From NCBI GenBank assembly GCA_963664305.2, contig CAXXLV010000002.1, forward strand, positions 1,344,001-1,408,000: a stretch of DNA of 64,000 nt, written 5' to 3'. Both the position numbers and the translations under genes were made by a program. Below are positions 56,375-64,000 of the stretch, one piece after another (within the stretch, counting starts at the first letter, position 1; the number at the start of each line of letters is the position of its first letter). The notes below the pieces were generated by a model that made no database searches, was not told the DNA's origin, and saw nothing but the letters and a program-made list of their open reading frames with translations. The DNA is from an uncultured Aliarcobacter sp. (GTDB taxonomy: Bacteria > Campylobacterota > Campylobacteria > Campylobacterales > Arcobacteraceae).

Positions 56375-58023
56375 TGTTAAGAATTGTTACAATATTAAGT
56401 TTATTTGCATTAGCAATGTTTGCTGCAGGTGATGCAACGTTTGAAGGTAAAAGAGATTTAAATATCTCTGCAATTATAATGTTCTTTATATTTATTGCTG
56501 GAACATTAGGTATCACTAAATGGGCTGCAAGTAAAACAAAATCTGCTTCAGATTTCTATACAGCTGGTGGAGGAATTTCAGGATTCCAAAATGGTATGGC
56601 TATTGCTGGAGATTATATGTCTGCTGCTTCTTTCCTTGGTATTTCAGGTATGATTTACTTAAATGGATTTGATGGTTTAGTTTATGCTGTTGGATTTTTA
56701 GTTGGTTGGCCAGTAATTTTATTCTTAATGGCTGAAAAATTAAGAAACTTAGGTAAATTTACATTTACTGACATTGCTGCTTATAGATTATCACAAAAAG
56801 AAATCAGAATTTTAGCTGCATTTGGTTCTTTATCTGTTGTTACTTTATATTTAATTGCACAAATGGTTGGGGCTGGAAAATTAATTCAAATCTTATTTGG
56901 TATGGATTATGAGTATGCTGTTATCCTTGTTGGTGTTATGATGATTATTTATGTTACTTTTGGTGGTATGTTAGCAACTACTTGGGTGCAAATCATTAAA
57001 GCTGTATTATTATTATCTGGTGTTACTTTCATGGGATTAATGGTAATGGCTCACTATGGATTCTCTTTTGAAGCATTAGCTACAAAAGCTGTTGAAACAC
57101 ACGCAAAAGGTCAAGCTATTATGGCTCCAGGTGGATTTATCTCTGATCCTATTTCTGCTATTTCTTTAGGTATGGCATTAATGTTAGGAACTGCTGGTTT
57201 ACCACACATTTTAATGAGATTCTTTACTGTTGGAAATGCGAAAGAAGCTAGAAAATCTGTTGTTTATGCAACTGGATTCATCGGTTACTTCTATTTAATT
57301 ATCGCTGTAATTGGTTTAGGTGCTATTGTATTCTTAAACTCTCCAGAAGGTGCTCAATACTTCAAAGATGGTAAGTTAATTGGTGGTGGAAATATGGCTG
57401 CTATTCACTTATCTCATGTTGTTGGTGGAGATATTTTCTTAGGATTTATTTCAGCTGTTGCATTTGCTACAATTTTAGCGGTTGTATCTGGTTTAACACT
57501 TGCTGGAGCTTCTGCAATTTCTCACGATATCTATGCAATCGTTGTGAAAAAAGGTATGGCTACTGAAGCTGATGAAATTAAAGTTTCTAAAAGATCAGTT
57601 ATCATCATTGGAATTGTTGGTGTTATTTTAGGTATTGCATTTGAAAAACAAAATATTGCATTCATGGTTGGTCTTGCATTTGCTATTGCTGCTTCTGCTA
57701 ACTTCCCAATTTTATTCCTTTCAATTTACTGGAAAAAATTAACAACTAGAGGAGCATTCCTTGGTGGATTTGCTGGATTAATCACAGCAGTTGTTCTAGT
57801 TATCTTAGGTCCTGTTGTTTGGGTTGATGTTTTACATAATAAAGAAGCTATTTTCCCATATAAACACCCAGCTTTATTCTCTGTAACTGTTGCATTCGTA
57901 GCAATTTGGTTCTTCTCTATAACTGATAAATCAGCTAGAGCACAAGAAGAAATTGAATTATATGAAGGACAAAATGTTAGAGCTAATACAGGTATTGGTG
58001 CTGACGGAGCTGTTGCTCACTAA
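56374..58023 (+). CDS. actP: Cation/acetate symporter ActP, copy 1
   Basis: '[29 protein letters not shown]', '[10 protein letters not shown]' and '[23 protein letters not shown]' motifs. Confidence 0.9.
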   Translation: MLRIVTILSLFALAMFAAGDATFEGKRDLNISAIIMFFIFIAGTLGITKWAASKTKSASDFYTAGGGISGFQNGMAIAGDYMSAASFLGISGMIYLNGFDGLVYAVGFLVGWPVILFLMAEKLRNLGKFTFTDIAAYRLSQKEIRILAAFGSLSVVTLYLIAQMVGAGKLIQILFGMDYEYAVILVGVMMIIYVTFGGMLATTWVQIIKAVLLLSGVTFMGLMVMAHYGFSFEALATKAVETHAKGQAIMAPGGFISDPISAISLGMALMLGTAGLPHILMRFFTVGNAKEARKSVVYATGFIGYFYLIIAVIGLGAIVFLNSPEGAQYFKDGKLIGGGNMAAIHLSHVVGGDIFLGFISAVAFATILAVVSGLTLAGASAISHDIYAIVVKKGMATEADEIKVSKRSVIIIGIVGVILGIAFEKQNIAFMVGLAFAIAASANFPILFLSIYWKKLTTRGAFLGGFAGLITAVVLVILGPVVWVDVLHNKEAIFPYKHPALFSVTVAFVAIWFFSITDKSARAQEEIELYEGQNVRANTGIGADGAVAH

Positions 58024-58028
58024 TAAAA

Positions 58029-58055
58029 TTACTAAAGAGATTTTCTCTTTAGTAA
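58029..58055 (+). terminator. Hairpin/terminator after actP copy 1
   Basis: TTACTAAAGAGA-TTT-TCTCTTTAGTAA. Confidence 0.6.
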
Positions 58056-58293
58056 CTTATCTTCTATTATAAAATCTAACTTAAGAATTATAATTAAAAT
58101 TAATAATTTATAATTCAATTTTTTGTTACATTTCTACAAAAATCTACACAATTTTTACACATTTTAAAAAATTTTTTCCTACAAATTTGTATTTGCATGT
58201 ATAATCAGTTACTTTTTTTCATTTAAAGGCACACTATAAATGAAAAAGGCTAATAGACATTATTGTTTATTAACTAGAAAAAAGGGAGCAAAA

Positions 58294-58608
58294 ATGAACG
58301 ACGAATTGGTTACTCGTATTGAATCAAATCCTAAATATAAGGAATTGGTTTCAAAAAGAAATGGTTTAGGAATTAAACTAGGTATTTTTGTATTAGTTAT
58401 GTTTTATGCATATATTTTAGTTATAGCATTTAACAAAGAACTTTTATCTACAAAAATTGGAGATGGTGTTACAACAATTGCATTTCCTATTGCATTGGCT
58501 ATTTTAGTAATTAGCTTTATTACTACATTAATTTATGTAAAAAGAGCAAATACTGAATTTGAAGATTTAACAAATCAAATCAAAAAAGATGTAAAGGATT
58601 TATTATAA
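58294..58608 (+). CDS. DUF485 (YjcH-like) small membrane protein, copy 2
   Basis: Start reassigned to ATG at 58294 (GGGAG RBS); paralogue of 56057..56374. Confidence 0.9.
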   Translation: MNDELVTRIESNPKYKELVSKRNGLGIKLGIFVLVMFYAYILVIAFNKELLSTKIGDGVTTIAFPIALAILVISFITTLIYVKRANTEFEDLTNQIKKDVKDLL

Positions 58609-60278
58609 TGTTGAGAATTTTAGCACTAATTTCAATTATTGCATTAACAGCTTTTGCTGCAGGTGATGCAACTTTTGAAGCAACAAAAAGAGATCTTAAT
58701 GTATCTGCAATTATCATGTTTTTTGTATTTATTGTTGGTACATTAGGTATTACTTATTGGGCAGCAAGAAAAACAAAATCTGCTTCTGATTTCTATACAG
58801 CAGGTGGAGGAATTTCTGGTTTTCAAAATGGTTTAGCAATTGCTGGAGACTATATGTCAGCTGCTGCATTCCTTGGGGTTTCTGGTCTTATTTATATGAA
58901 AGGTTATGATGGAGTTATCTATGCCGTTTCATTCCTTGTTGGTTGGCCAATTATTTTATTCTTTATGGCTGAAAAATTAAGAAACTTAGGTAAATTTACT
59001 TTTGCTGACATCGCTGCTTATAGATTAGGACAAAAAGAGATTAGAACTCTTGCTGCATTTGGTTCTATTTCAGTTGTAATTTTATACTTAATTGCACAAA
59101 TGGTTGGAGCTGGAAAATTAATTCAAGTTCTATTTGGTATGGAGTATGAGTACGCTGTATTCATGGTTGGAGCATTAATGATTATTTATGTAACATTTGG
59201 GGGGATGCTAGCAACTACTTGGGTACAAATTATCAAAGCTTGTTTATTACTTTCTGGTGTATCATTTATGGCAATAATGGTTTTATATCATTTTGATTTC
59301 TCTTTTGAATCACTTGCTGTTAAAGCTGTTGAAAATCACAAATCTGGTGAAGCTATTTTAAGTCCAGGTGGATTTATTACTGACCCTATTTCTGCTATTT
59401 CTTTAGGTATGGCTTTAATGCTTGGAACAGCTGGTCTTCCTCACGTTTTAATGAGATTCTTTACAGTTGGTAATGCAAAAGAAGCTAGAAAATCTGTTGT
59501 TTATGCAACTGGATTTGTTGCATACTTCTGGGTAATTATTACTATCGTTGGTTTTGGAGCAATTGCATTCTTAAATAGTGCAGAAGGTGCACAATATTTT
59601 GATGGTGCTAAAGCATATCTTGAGGGTGGAAAACTATTTGGTGGAAGTAATATGGCTTCTGTTCACTTATCTCATATGTTAGGTGGAAATGCATTCTTAG
59701 GATTTATCTCTGCTGTTGCATTTGCTACTATTTTAGCGGTTGTTTCAGGATTAACACTTGCTGGTGCTTCTGCAATATCACACGATATTTATGCGAATGT
59801 AATCAATCCAAATGCATCAGATGAAAAAGTTGTAAAAATTTCAAAAATTACAGTTGTTATTATTGGTATTATTGGTGTTATTTTAGGGATTGCTTTTGAA
59901 TCTCAAAATATTGCTTACATGGTTGGTCTTGCATTTGGTATTGCGGCATCTGCAAACTTCCCAATTTTATTCTTATCAATCTACTGGAGTGGATTAACAA
60001 CTAAAGGTGCATTTATTGGTGGATTTATGGGATTAATTTCTGCTGTAACATTTGTTGTTTTAGGACCAAATGTTTGGGTTCAAATTTTAGGAAATGAAAA
60101 AGCAATTTTCCCTTACGCACACCCTGCACTATTCTCTGTTACAATAGCTTTTGTATCAATCTGGTTTTTCTCAAAACTTGATAATTCACAAAGAGCTAAA
60201 AACGAAAAAGAATTATTTAGAGCTCAAAATATTAGAGCAAATACAGGTATTGGTGCAGCTGGAGCTGTTTCACACTAA
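58608..60278 (+). CDS. actP: Cation/acetate symporter ActP, copy 2
   Basis: Paralogue of 56374..58023 with the same ActP motifs ([15 protein letters not shown] variant). Confidence 0.88.
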   Translation: MLRILALISIIALTAFAAGDATFEATKRDLNVSAIIMFFVFIVGTLGITYWAARKTKSASDFYTAGGGISGFQNGLAIAGDYMSAAAFLGVSGLIYMKGYDGVIYAVSFLVGWPIILFFMAEKLRNLGKFTFADIAAYRLGQKEIRTLAAFGSISVVILYLIAQMVGAGKLIQVLFGMEYEYAVFMVGALMIIYVTFGGMLATTWVQIIKACLLLSGVSFMAIMVLYHFDFSFESLAVKAVENHKSGEAILSPGGFITDPISAISLGMALMLGTAGLPHVLMRFFTVGNAKEARKSVVYATGFVAYFWVIITIVGFGAIAFLNSAEGAQYFDGAKAYLEGGKLFGGSNMASVHLSHMLGGNAFLGFISAVAFATILAVVSGLTLAGASAISHDIYANVINPNASDEKVVKISKITVVIIGIIGVILGIAFESQNIAYMVGLAFGIAASANFPILFLSIYWSGLTTKGAFIGGFMGLISAVTFVVLGPNVWVQILGNEKAIFPYAHPALFSVTIAFVSIWFFSKLDNSQRAKNEKELFRAQNIRANTGIGAAGAVSH

Positions 60279-60283
60279 ATTAT

Positions 60284-60311
60284 AAATATCAAAGGTTTTC
60301 CTTTGATATTT
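60284..60311 (+). terminator. Intrinsic terminator after actP copy 2
   Basis: AAATATCAAAGG-TTTT-CCTTTGATATTT. Confidence 0.7.
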
Positions 60312-60374
60312 TAACTGTTCTGGCGATTGAATAAAAAATTCAATCTAGTCTTTTATATTTACAAAAGAGGACAT

Positions 60375-62216
60375 ATGAGTATATTAGAACAAAAAACATT
60401 TATCTCTTCAATACATCCATTTCAAAACTTAACATCAGAACAACTAGACACTTTCGTTGAAAATATGGATATTGTTTATTTTAAAGAGAATGAAACAGTA
60501 CAAGCACAAGGAACAATACCAAAATCACTTTTTTTTATTTTAAAAGGTTTGATTCAAGAAAAACAAGATGATGAAGTTTTATCAATCTATTCAAAAAATG
60601 AAATCTTTGATTCAATATCTTTAATTGAAAATTATTCAAAAAATAGTTTTGTGACTGCAGAAGAGACGATTTGTTACACTCTTCCAAGAGAAATTTTTAT
60701 AGAAATACTTCATGAAAATCAAGAGTTAGAGAACTATTTTTTCCAATCAATTGCTGAAAAGCTAAACAACAATATTCTTCATGAAAAAAATAAAGATATG
60801 GCGAATATTATGATAGCAAAAGTAAAAGATGCAAAAATTCATAAAGCCGTAATTGTTGATACAAATATCTCAATATTTGAAGCAGCAACAATTATCAAAA
60901 AAGAGAAAGTTCCTACAATTTTATTAAAAGATGAAAATAATGAAATGTATATAGTAACTGACTCTGATTTTAGACAAAAAGTAATTTTAAACAGAATGGA
61001 TTTTGACGATAAAATCGTAAAAATTGCAACAAAAGGTTTAATATACATAAATGAAGAAGATTTTTTATTTAATGCTCAATTAATCATGGCAAAACATGGG
61101 ATAAAAAGAGTTGTTGTAAAAAATGATAAAAATGAAATAATTGGTATATTAGACCAAATCTCTTTATCATCGTTCTTTGCTACAAATATTTTTTCTGTTT
61201 CGAATCAAATTGTAAAAGCTGAAACAATTGAAGAACTAAAAGAAGCTTCTTTATCATTTATTAAAATCATTAAATCACTAAATGCAAAAGGTGTAAAAAT
61301 TGAATTTATATCAAAATTAATAAATCAATTAAATAAAAAACTTTTAGATAAATTATACAAAGTTTTAGCACCTGCTGAATTATATGAAAAATCATGTTTG
61401 GTAGTAATGGGAAGTGAAGGTAGAGGTGAACAAATCTTAAGAACTGACCAAGACAATGCTTTAATATTAGCAGATGATTGTGAGATTTCAGAAGAAAAAC
61501 TAAGAGAATTCACAACTTTATTTACTGAAACTTTAGTTGACTTTGGATTTCCAAGATGTGAAGGAAATATCATGGTTTCGAATCCTTATTGGTGTAGAAA
61601 AAAATCTGATTTTAAAGATTTAATTTTCACTTGGATAAATGAACCAAGTGGTGATAATTTTATGAATATTGCTATTTTTTATGATGCAGTTTGTGTATCA
61701 GGAAATAAAGAATTACTTACAAAACTAAAAGAGTATCTATTTAGTATTGCTGCTAATTCTCAACAGTTTAACTCTCATTTTGCAAAAGTTATCACGAGCT
61801 TCGATGTTCCATTAGGATTTTTTGATGGATTTGTATTTAATAGTAAAGATAACAAACATAAAAATGAAATAGATATTAAAAGAGGTGGTATTTTTATTCT
61901 TGTTCAAGGTATTAGAAGTTTGAGTTTAGAGCATAAAATATTCAATACAAACACAAATAAAAGAATAAAAAAACTTACAGAACTTGGTGTTTTTGAAGAA
62001 GAATTTGCAAAAGAGTTAACAATGGCATTTAACTTTTTAACAAATTTAAAATTGAAATCAAATCTTGAAAAATTAGATAAAAAAATTGCTATAGATAACT
62101 ATATCAATCCTGATAATTTAAATACAATGGAAAAAGATTTACTAAAAGAGTCTTTTAAAATTGTAAATAAATTAAAGAAAAAATTAGAATTTCATTTCAA
62201 GTTAAACTATGTTTAG
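60375..62216 (+). CDS. cNMP-like - CBS pair - DUF294 nucleotidyltransferase protein, copy 2
   Basis: Start reassigned to ATG at 60375 (GAGGA RBS); 'MGSEGRGEQILRTDQDNAL', 'GFPRCEGNIMVSNP.W' and 'DIKRGGIF' motifs. Confidence 0.88.
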   Translation: MSILEQKTFISSIHPFQNLTSEQLDTFVENMDIVYFKENETVQAQGTIPKSLFFILKGLIQEKQDDEVLSIYSKNEIFDSISLIENYSKNSFVTAEETICYTLPREIFIEILHENQELENYFFQSIAEKLNNNILHEKNKDMANIMIAKVKDAKIHKAVIVDTNISIFEAATIIKKEKVPTILLKDENNEMYIVTDSDFRQKVILNRMDFDDKIVKIATKGLIYINEEDFLFNAQLIMAKHGIKRVVVKNDKNEIIGILDQISLSSFFATNIFSVSNQIVKAETIEELKEASLSFIKIIKSLNAKGVKIEFISKLINQLNKKLLDKLYKVLAPAELYEKSCLVVMGSEGRGEQILRTDQDNALILADDCEISEEKLREFTTLFTETLVDFGFPRCEGNIMVSNPYWCRKKSDFKDLIFTWINEPSGDNFMNIAIFYDAVCVSGNKELLTKLKEYLFSIAANSQQFNSHFAKVITSFDVPLGFFDGFVFNSKDNKHKNEIDIKRGGIFILVQGIRSLSLEHKIFNTNTNKRIKKLTELGVFEEEFAKELTMAFNFLTNLKLKSNLEKLDKKIAIDNYINPDNLNTMEKDLLKESFKIVNKLKKKLEFHFKLNYV

Positions 62217-62823
62217 AAATATAAGAAACTATTTTAATAAAAAAAATCTAAAAGACGAAAAATACTCTTATTTATTTGAAAACTCTTCAAATAATGAGTA
62301 TGTTTGTTTTGATTGTGAAACAACTGGGTTAAATCCAAAAATTGATGACATAATATCAATTGGTGCTGTTATTATCAAAGATAATACAATTGTTTCAAGT
62401 AAAAAATTTATTAAATTTGTTAAACCAAAAACTAAATTGCAAGCTGAAGCTATAAAAATTCATCATATAAGAGAGTGTGATTTACTTCATGCTGAAGATA
62501 TCAATGATGTAATTATTGAATTTATTGAATTTATAGGAAATAGACCATTAGTTGGATATTTTTTAGAATTTGATATTTCAATGATTAATAAATATTTAAA
62601 ACCAAAATTAGGAATTACTCTTCCAAATAGAGCTCTTGAGGTTTCAGAAATTTATCATGATTATAAAATTGAAATCATTCCTCAAGGACATATAGATTTA
62701 AGATTTAATTCTATTATGGAAGAACTTCAAATCCCAAATCTTGGTAAACACGATGCATATAACGATGCAATAATGACTGCCATGATTTTTATAAAACTTA
62801 AAAACTTACAAAAAATTAAATAA
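62209..62823 (+). CDS. DEDDh 3'-5' exonuclease-fold protein, copy 2
   Basis: FDCETTG, GYFLEFD and HDAYNDA motifs; overlaps the DUF294 gene. Confidence 0.9.
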   Translation: MFRNIRNYFNKKNLKDEKYSYLFENSSNNEYVCFDCETTGLNPKIDDIISIGAVIIKDNTIVSSKKFIKFVKPKTKLQAEAIKIHHIRECDLLHAEDINDVIIEFIEFIGNRPLVGYFLEFDISMINKYLKPKLGITLPNRALEVSEIYHDYKIEIIPQGHIDLRFNSIMEELQIPNLGKHDAYNDAIMTAMIFIKLKNLQKIK

Positions 62824-62846
62824 ACTAGAAAAGGAAAATTAGAATA

Positions 62847-64000
62847 ATGTTAGTATTTGTATTAAATGCTGGGTCATCATCTTTAAAATATCAATTAATC
62901 AACGCTGAAACTTCTGAGTTAAAAGCTAGTGGAATTGTTGAGAGAATTGGAATAGATGGTGTATTAAAGCATGTAATTTCAGAAAATAAAAAATTAACTA
63001 TTGAAGAATATATACCATCACATAAAGAAGCTATAGAACTTATATTAGAAACACTTACACATGATGAAACAAAAACTATAAACTCTATTGATGAAATCCA
63101 AGCTATAGGACATAGAGTTGCTCATGGTGGAGAATATTTTAAAGAATCAACTCTTGTTACAGATAAAGTTATAAAAAAAATTGAAGAGTTAATTCCACTA
63201 GCACCTTTACATAATCCAGCTAATATTTTAGGAATGAAAATCTGTATGGAACTTATGCCAAATGTTCCAAATGTTGCTGTATTTGATACGGCATTTCACC
63301 AAACTATGCCAGAAATTCATTTCTTATTCCCAGTACCACATGAAGATTATACAGAGCATCATTTAAGAAAATATGGATTCCATGGTACATCTCATAATTA
63401 TGTTTCAAAAGAAGCAATTAAACTTTTAAACAATAAAAAAGATTCAAAAATCATTGTTTGTCACCTTGGAAATGGTTCATCAATCTGTGCAATAAAAGAT
63501 GGTAAATCAATCAACACAACTATGGGATTAACTCCACTAGGAGGATTGATGATGGGAACAAGAAGTGGAGATATTGACCCAGGAATTATTCCATATTTAA
63601 TGGATAAAAAAGGTATGGATACTCACCAAATTATTGATTATCTAAACAAAAAATCTGGTATTTTAGGAGTTTCAGGAATTAGTTCTGATTTAAGAGAAAT
63701 TATTAGTGCTGCTAATAATGGAGACCAAAGAGCTCAAGTTACAATTGATATGATGTGTAATCGAGTTAAAAAATATATTTGTTCTTATTCAGGATTATTA
63801 GGTGGTGCTGATGCAATTTGTTTTACAGCAGGAATTGGTGAAAACTCTGATTTAATAAGAGAAAAAGTTTGCGAAAATTTAGCTTTCATGGGAATTGAAC
63901 TTGACAGTGAAAAAAATCAAGTAAGAGCACATGGAAACAGAGAAATAAATAAACCAACATCAAAAACTAAAATCTTTGTAATTCCTACAAATGAAGAATT
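62847..64000 (+). CDS. ackA: Acetate kinase (partial, runs off the window)
   Basis: ATG at 62847 with AAGGA RBS; MLVFVLNAGSSSLKYQL, GHRVAHGG, LAPLHNPAN, VFDTAFH, YGFHGTSH, HLGNGSS, MGTRSGDIDP, FTAGIGENS; not in the ORF track. Confidence 0.96.
   Translation, partial: MLVFVLNAGSSSLKYQLINAETSELKASGIVERIGIDGVLKHVISENKKLTIEEYIPSHKEAIELILETLTHDETKTINSIDEIQAIGHRVAHGGEYFKESTLVTDKVIKKIEELIPLAPLHNPANILGMKICMELMPNVPNVAVFDTAFHQTMPEIHFLFPVPHEDYTEHHLRKYGFHGTSHNYVSKEAIKLLNNKKDSKIIVCHLGNGSSICAIKDGKSINTTMGLTPLGGLMMGTRSGDIDPGIIPYLMDKKGMDTHQIIDYLNKKSGILGVSGISSDLREIISAANNGDQRAQVTIDMMCNRVKKYICSYSGLLGGADAICFTAGIGENSDLIREKVCENLAFMGIELDSEKNQVRAHGNREINKPTSKTKIFVIPTNEE

Noticed and set aside
503..61573. Short antisense or shadow ORFs in the track (e.g. 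503..772, 3763..3960, 13156..13524, 24034..24399, 27462..27827, 52693..53133, 61325..61573)
   Set aside because: They lie opposite or inside well-supported genes, lack RBSs and have no recognisable motifs; typical of AT-rich antisense frames
1..64000. Mobile elements, defence systems, phase-variable G/C tracts
   Set aside because: No transposase, integrase, phage or defence genes and no long G/C homopolymers were recognised; A/T runs are background in this genome

Overview
Very AT-rich chromosomal window from a Campylobacterota bacterium, most consistent with Arcobacteraceae (inferred from gene content, codon bias and rpsB-tsf-ABC-chePep-gmk / nfu-orf-murE synteny). Left to right it contains: the 3' end of an FAD-dependent oxidoreductase; a complete thiosulfate-oxidation cluster (soxCDXYZA-orf-soxB) followed by three accessory genes (cytochrome c/thioredoxin fusion, MOSC, periplasmic DsrE-like); housekeeping and stress genes (antiporter, UvrD/Rep helicase, diguanylate cyclase, msrPQ, nnrS, Sel1/Hcp protein, tpx, cvfB, znuCB); an ABC ATPase-hemH-AmmeMemoRadiSam-elyC operon; cytochrome c553, ccoIS and a REC-GGDEF-EAL protein; rpsB-tsf...gmk; a moxR/DUF58/vWA operon; murE, nfu, ileS, mqo and cinA; a tandemly duplicated Lys-Glu-Val-Asp tRNA operon; and a ~15 kb acetate/monocarboxylate locus (Cache kinase + OmpR regulator, three solute:cation symporters with small partner subunits, two cNMP-CBS-DUF294 nucleotidyltransferase + DEDDh exonuclease pairs, ackA). 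No mobile elements or CRISPR arrays were seen. Best novelty candidates: (1) the duplicated nucleotidyltransferase/exonuclease pair as a possible writer/eraser module on acetate metabolism; (2) an unannotated ~120-nt structured sRNA with an anti-Shine-Dalgarno loop behind four phased operator boxes; (3) a TGCTAY-N5-TGCTAY box shared by two acetate-transporter promoters and the sox upstream region; (4) RBS-sequestering inverted repeats at msrP and nnrS; (5) an unannotated 38-aa membrane protein. All calls come from reading motifs by eye; no database searches were run.
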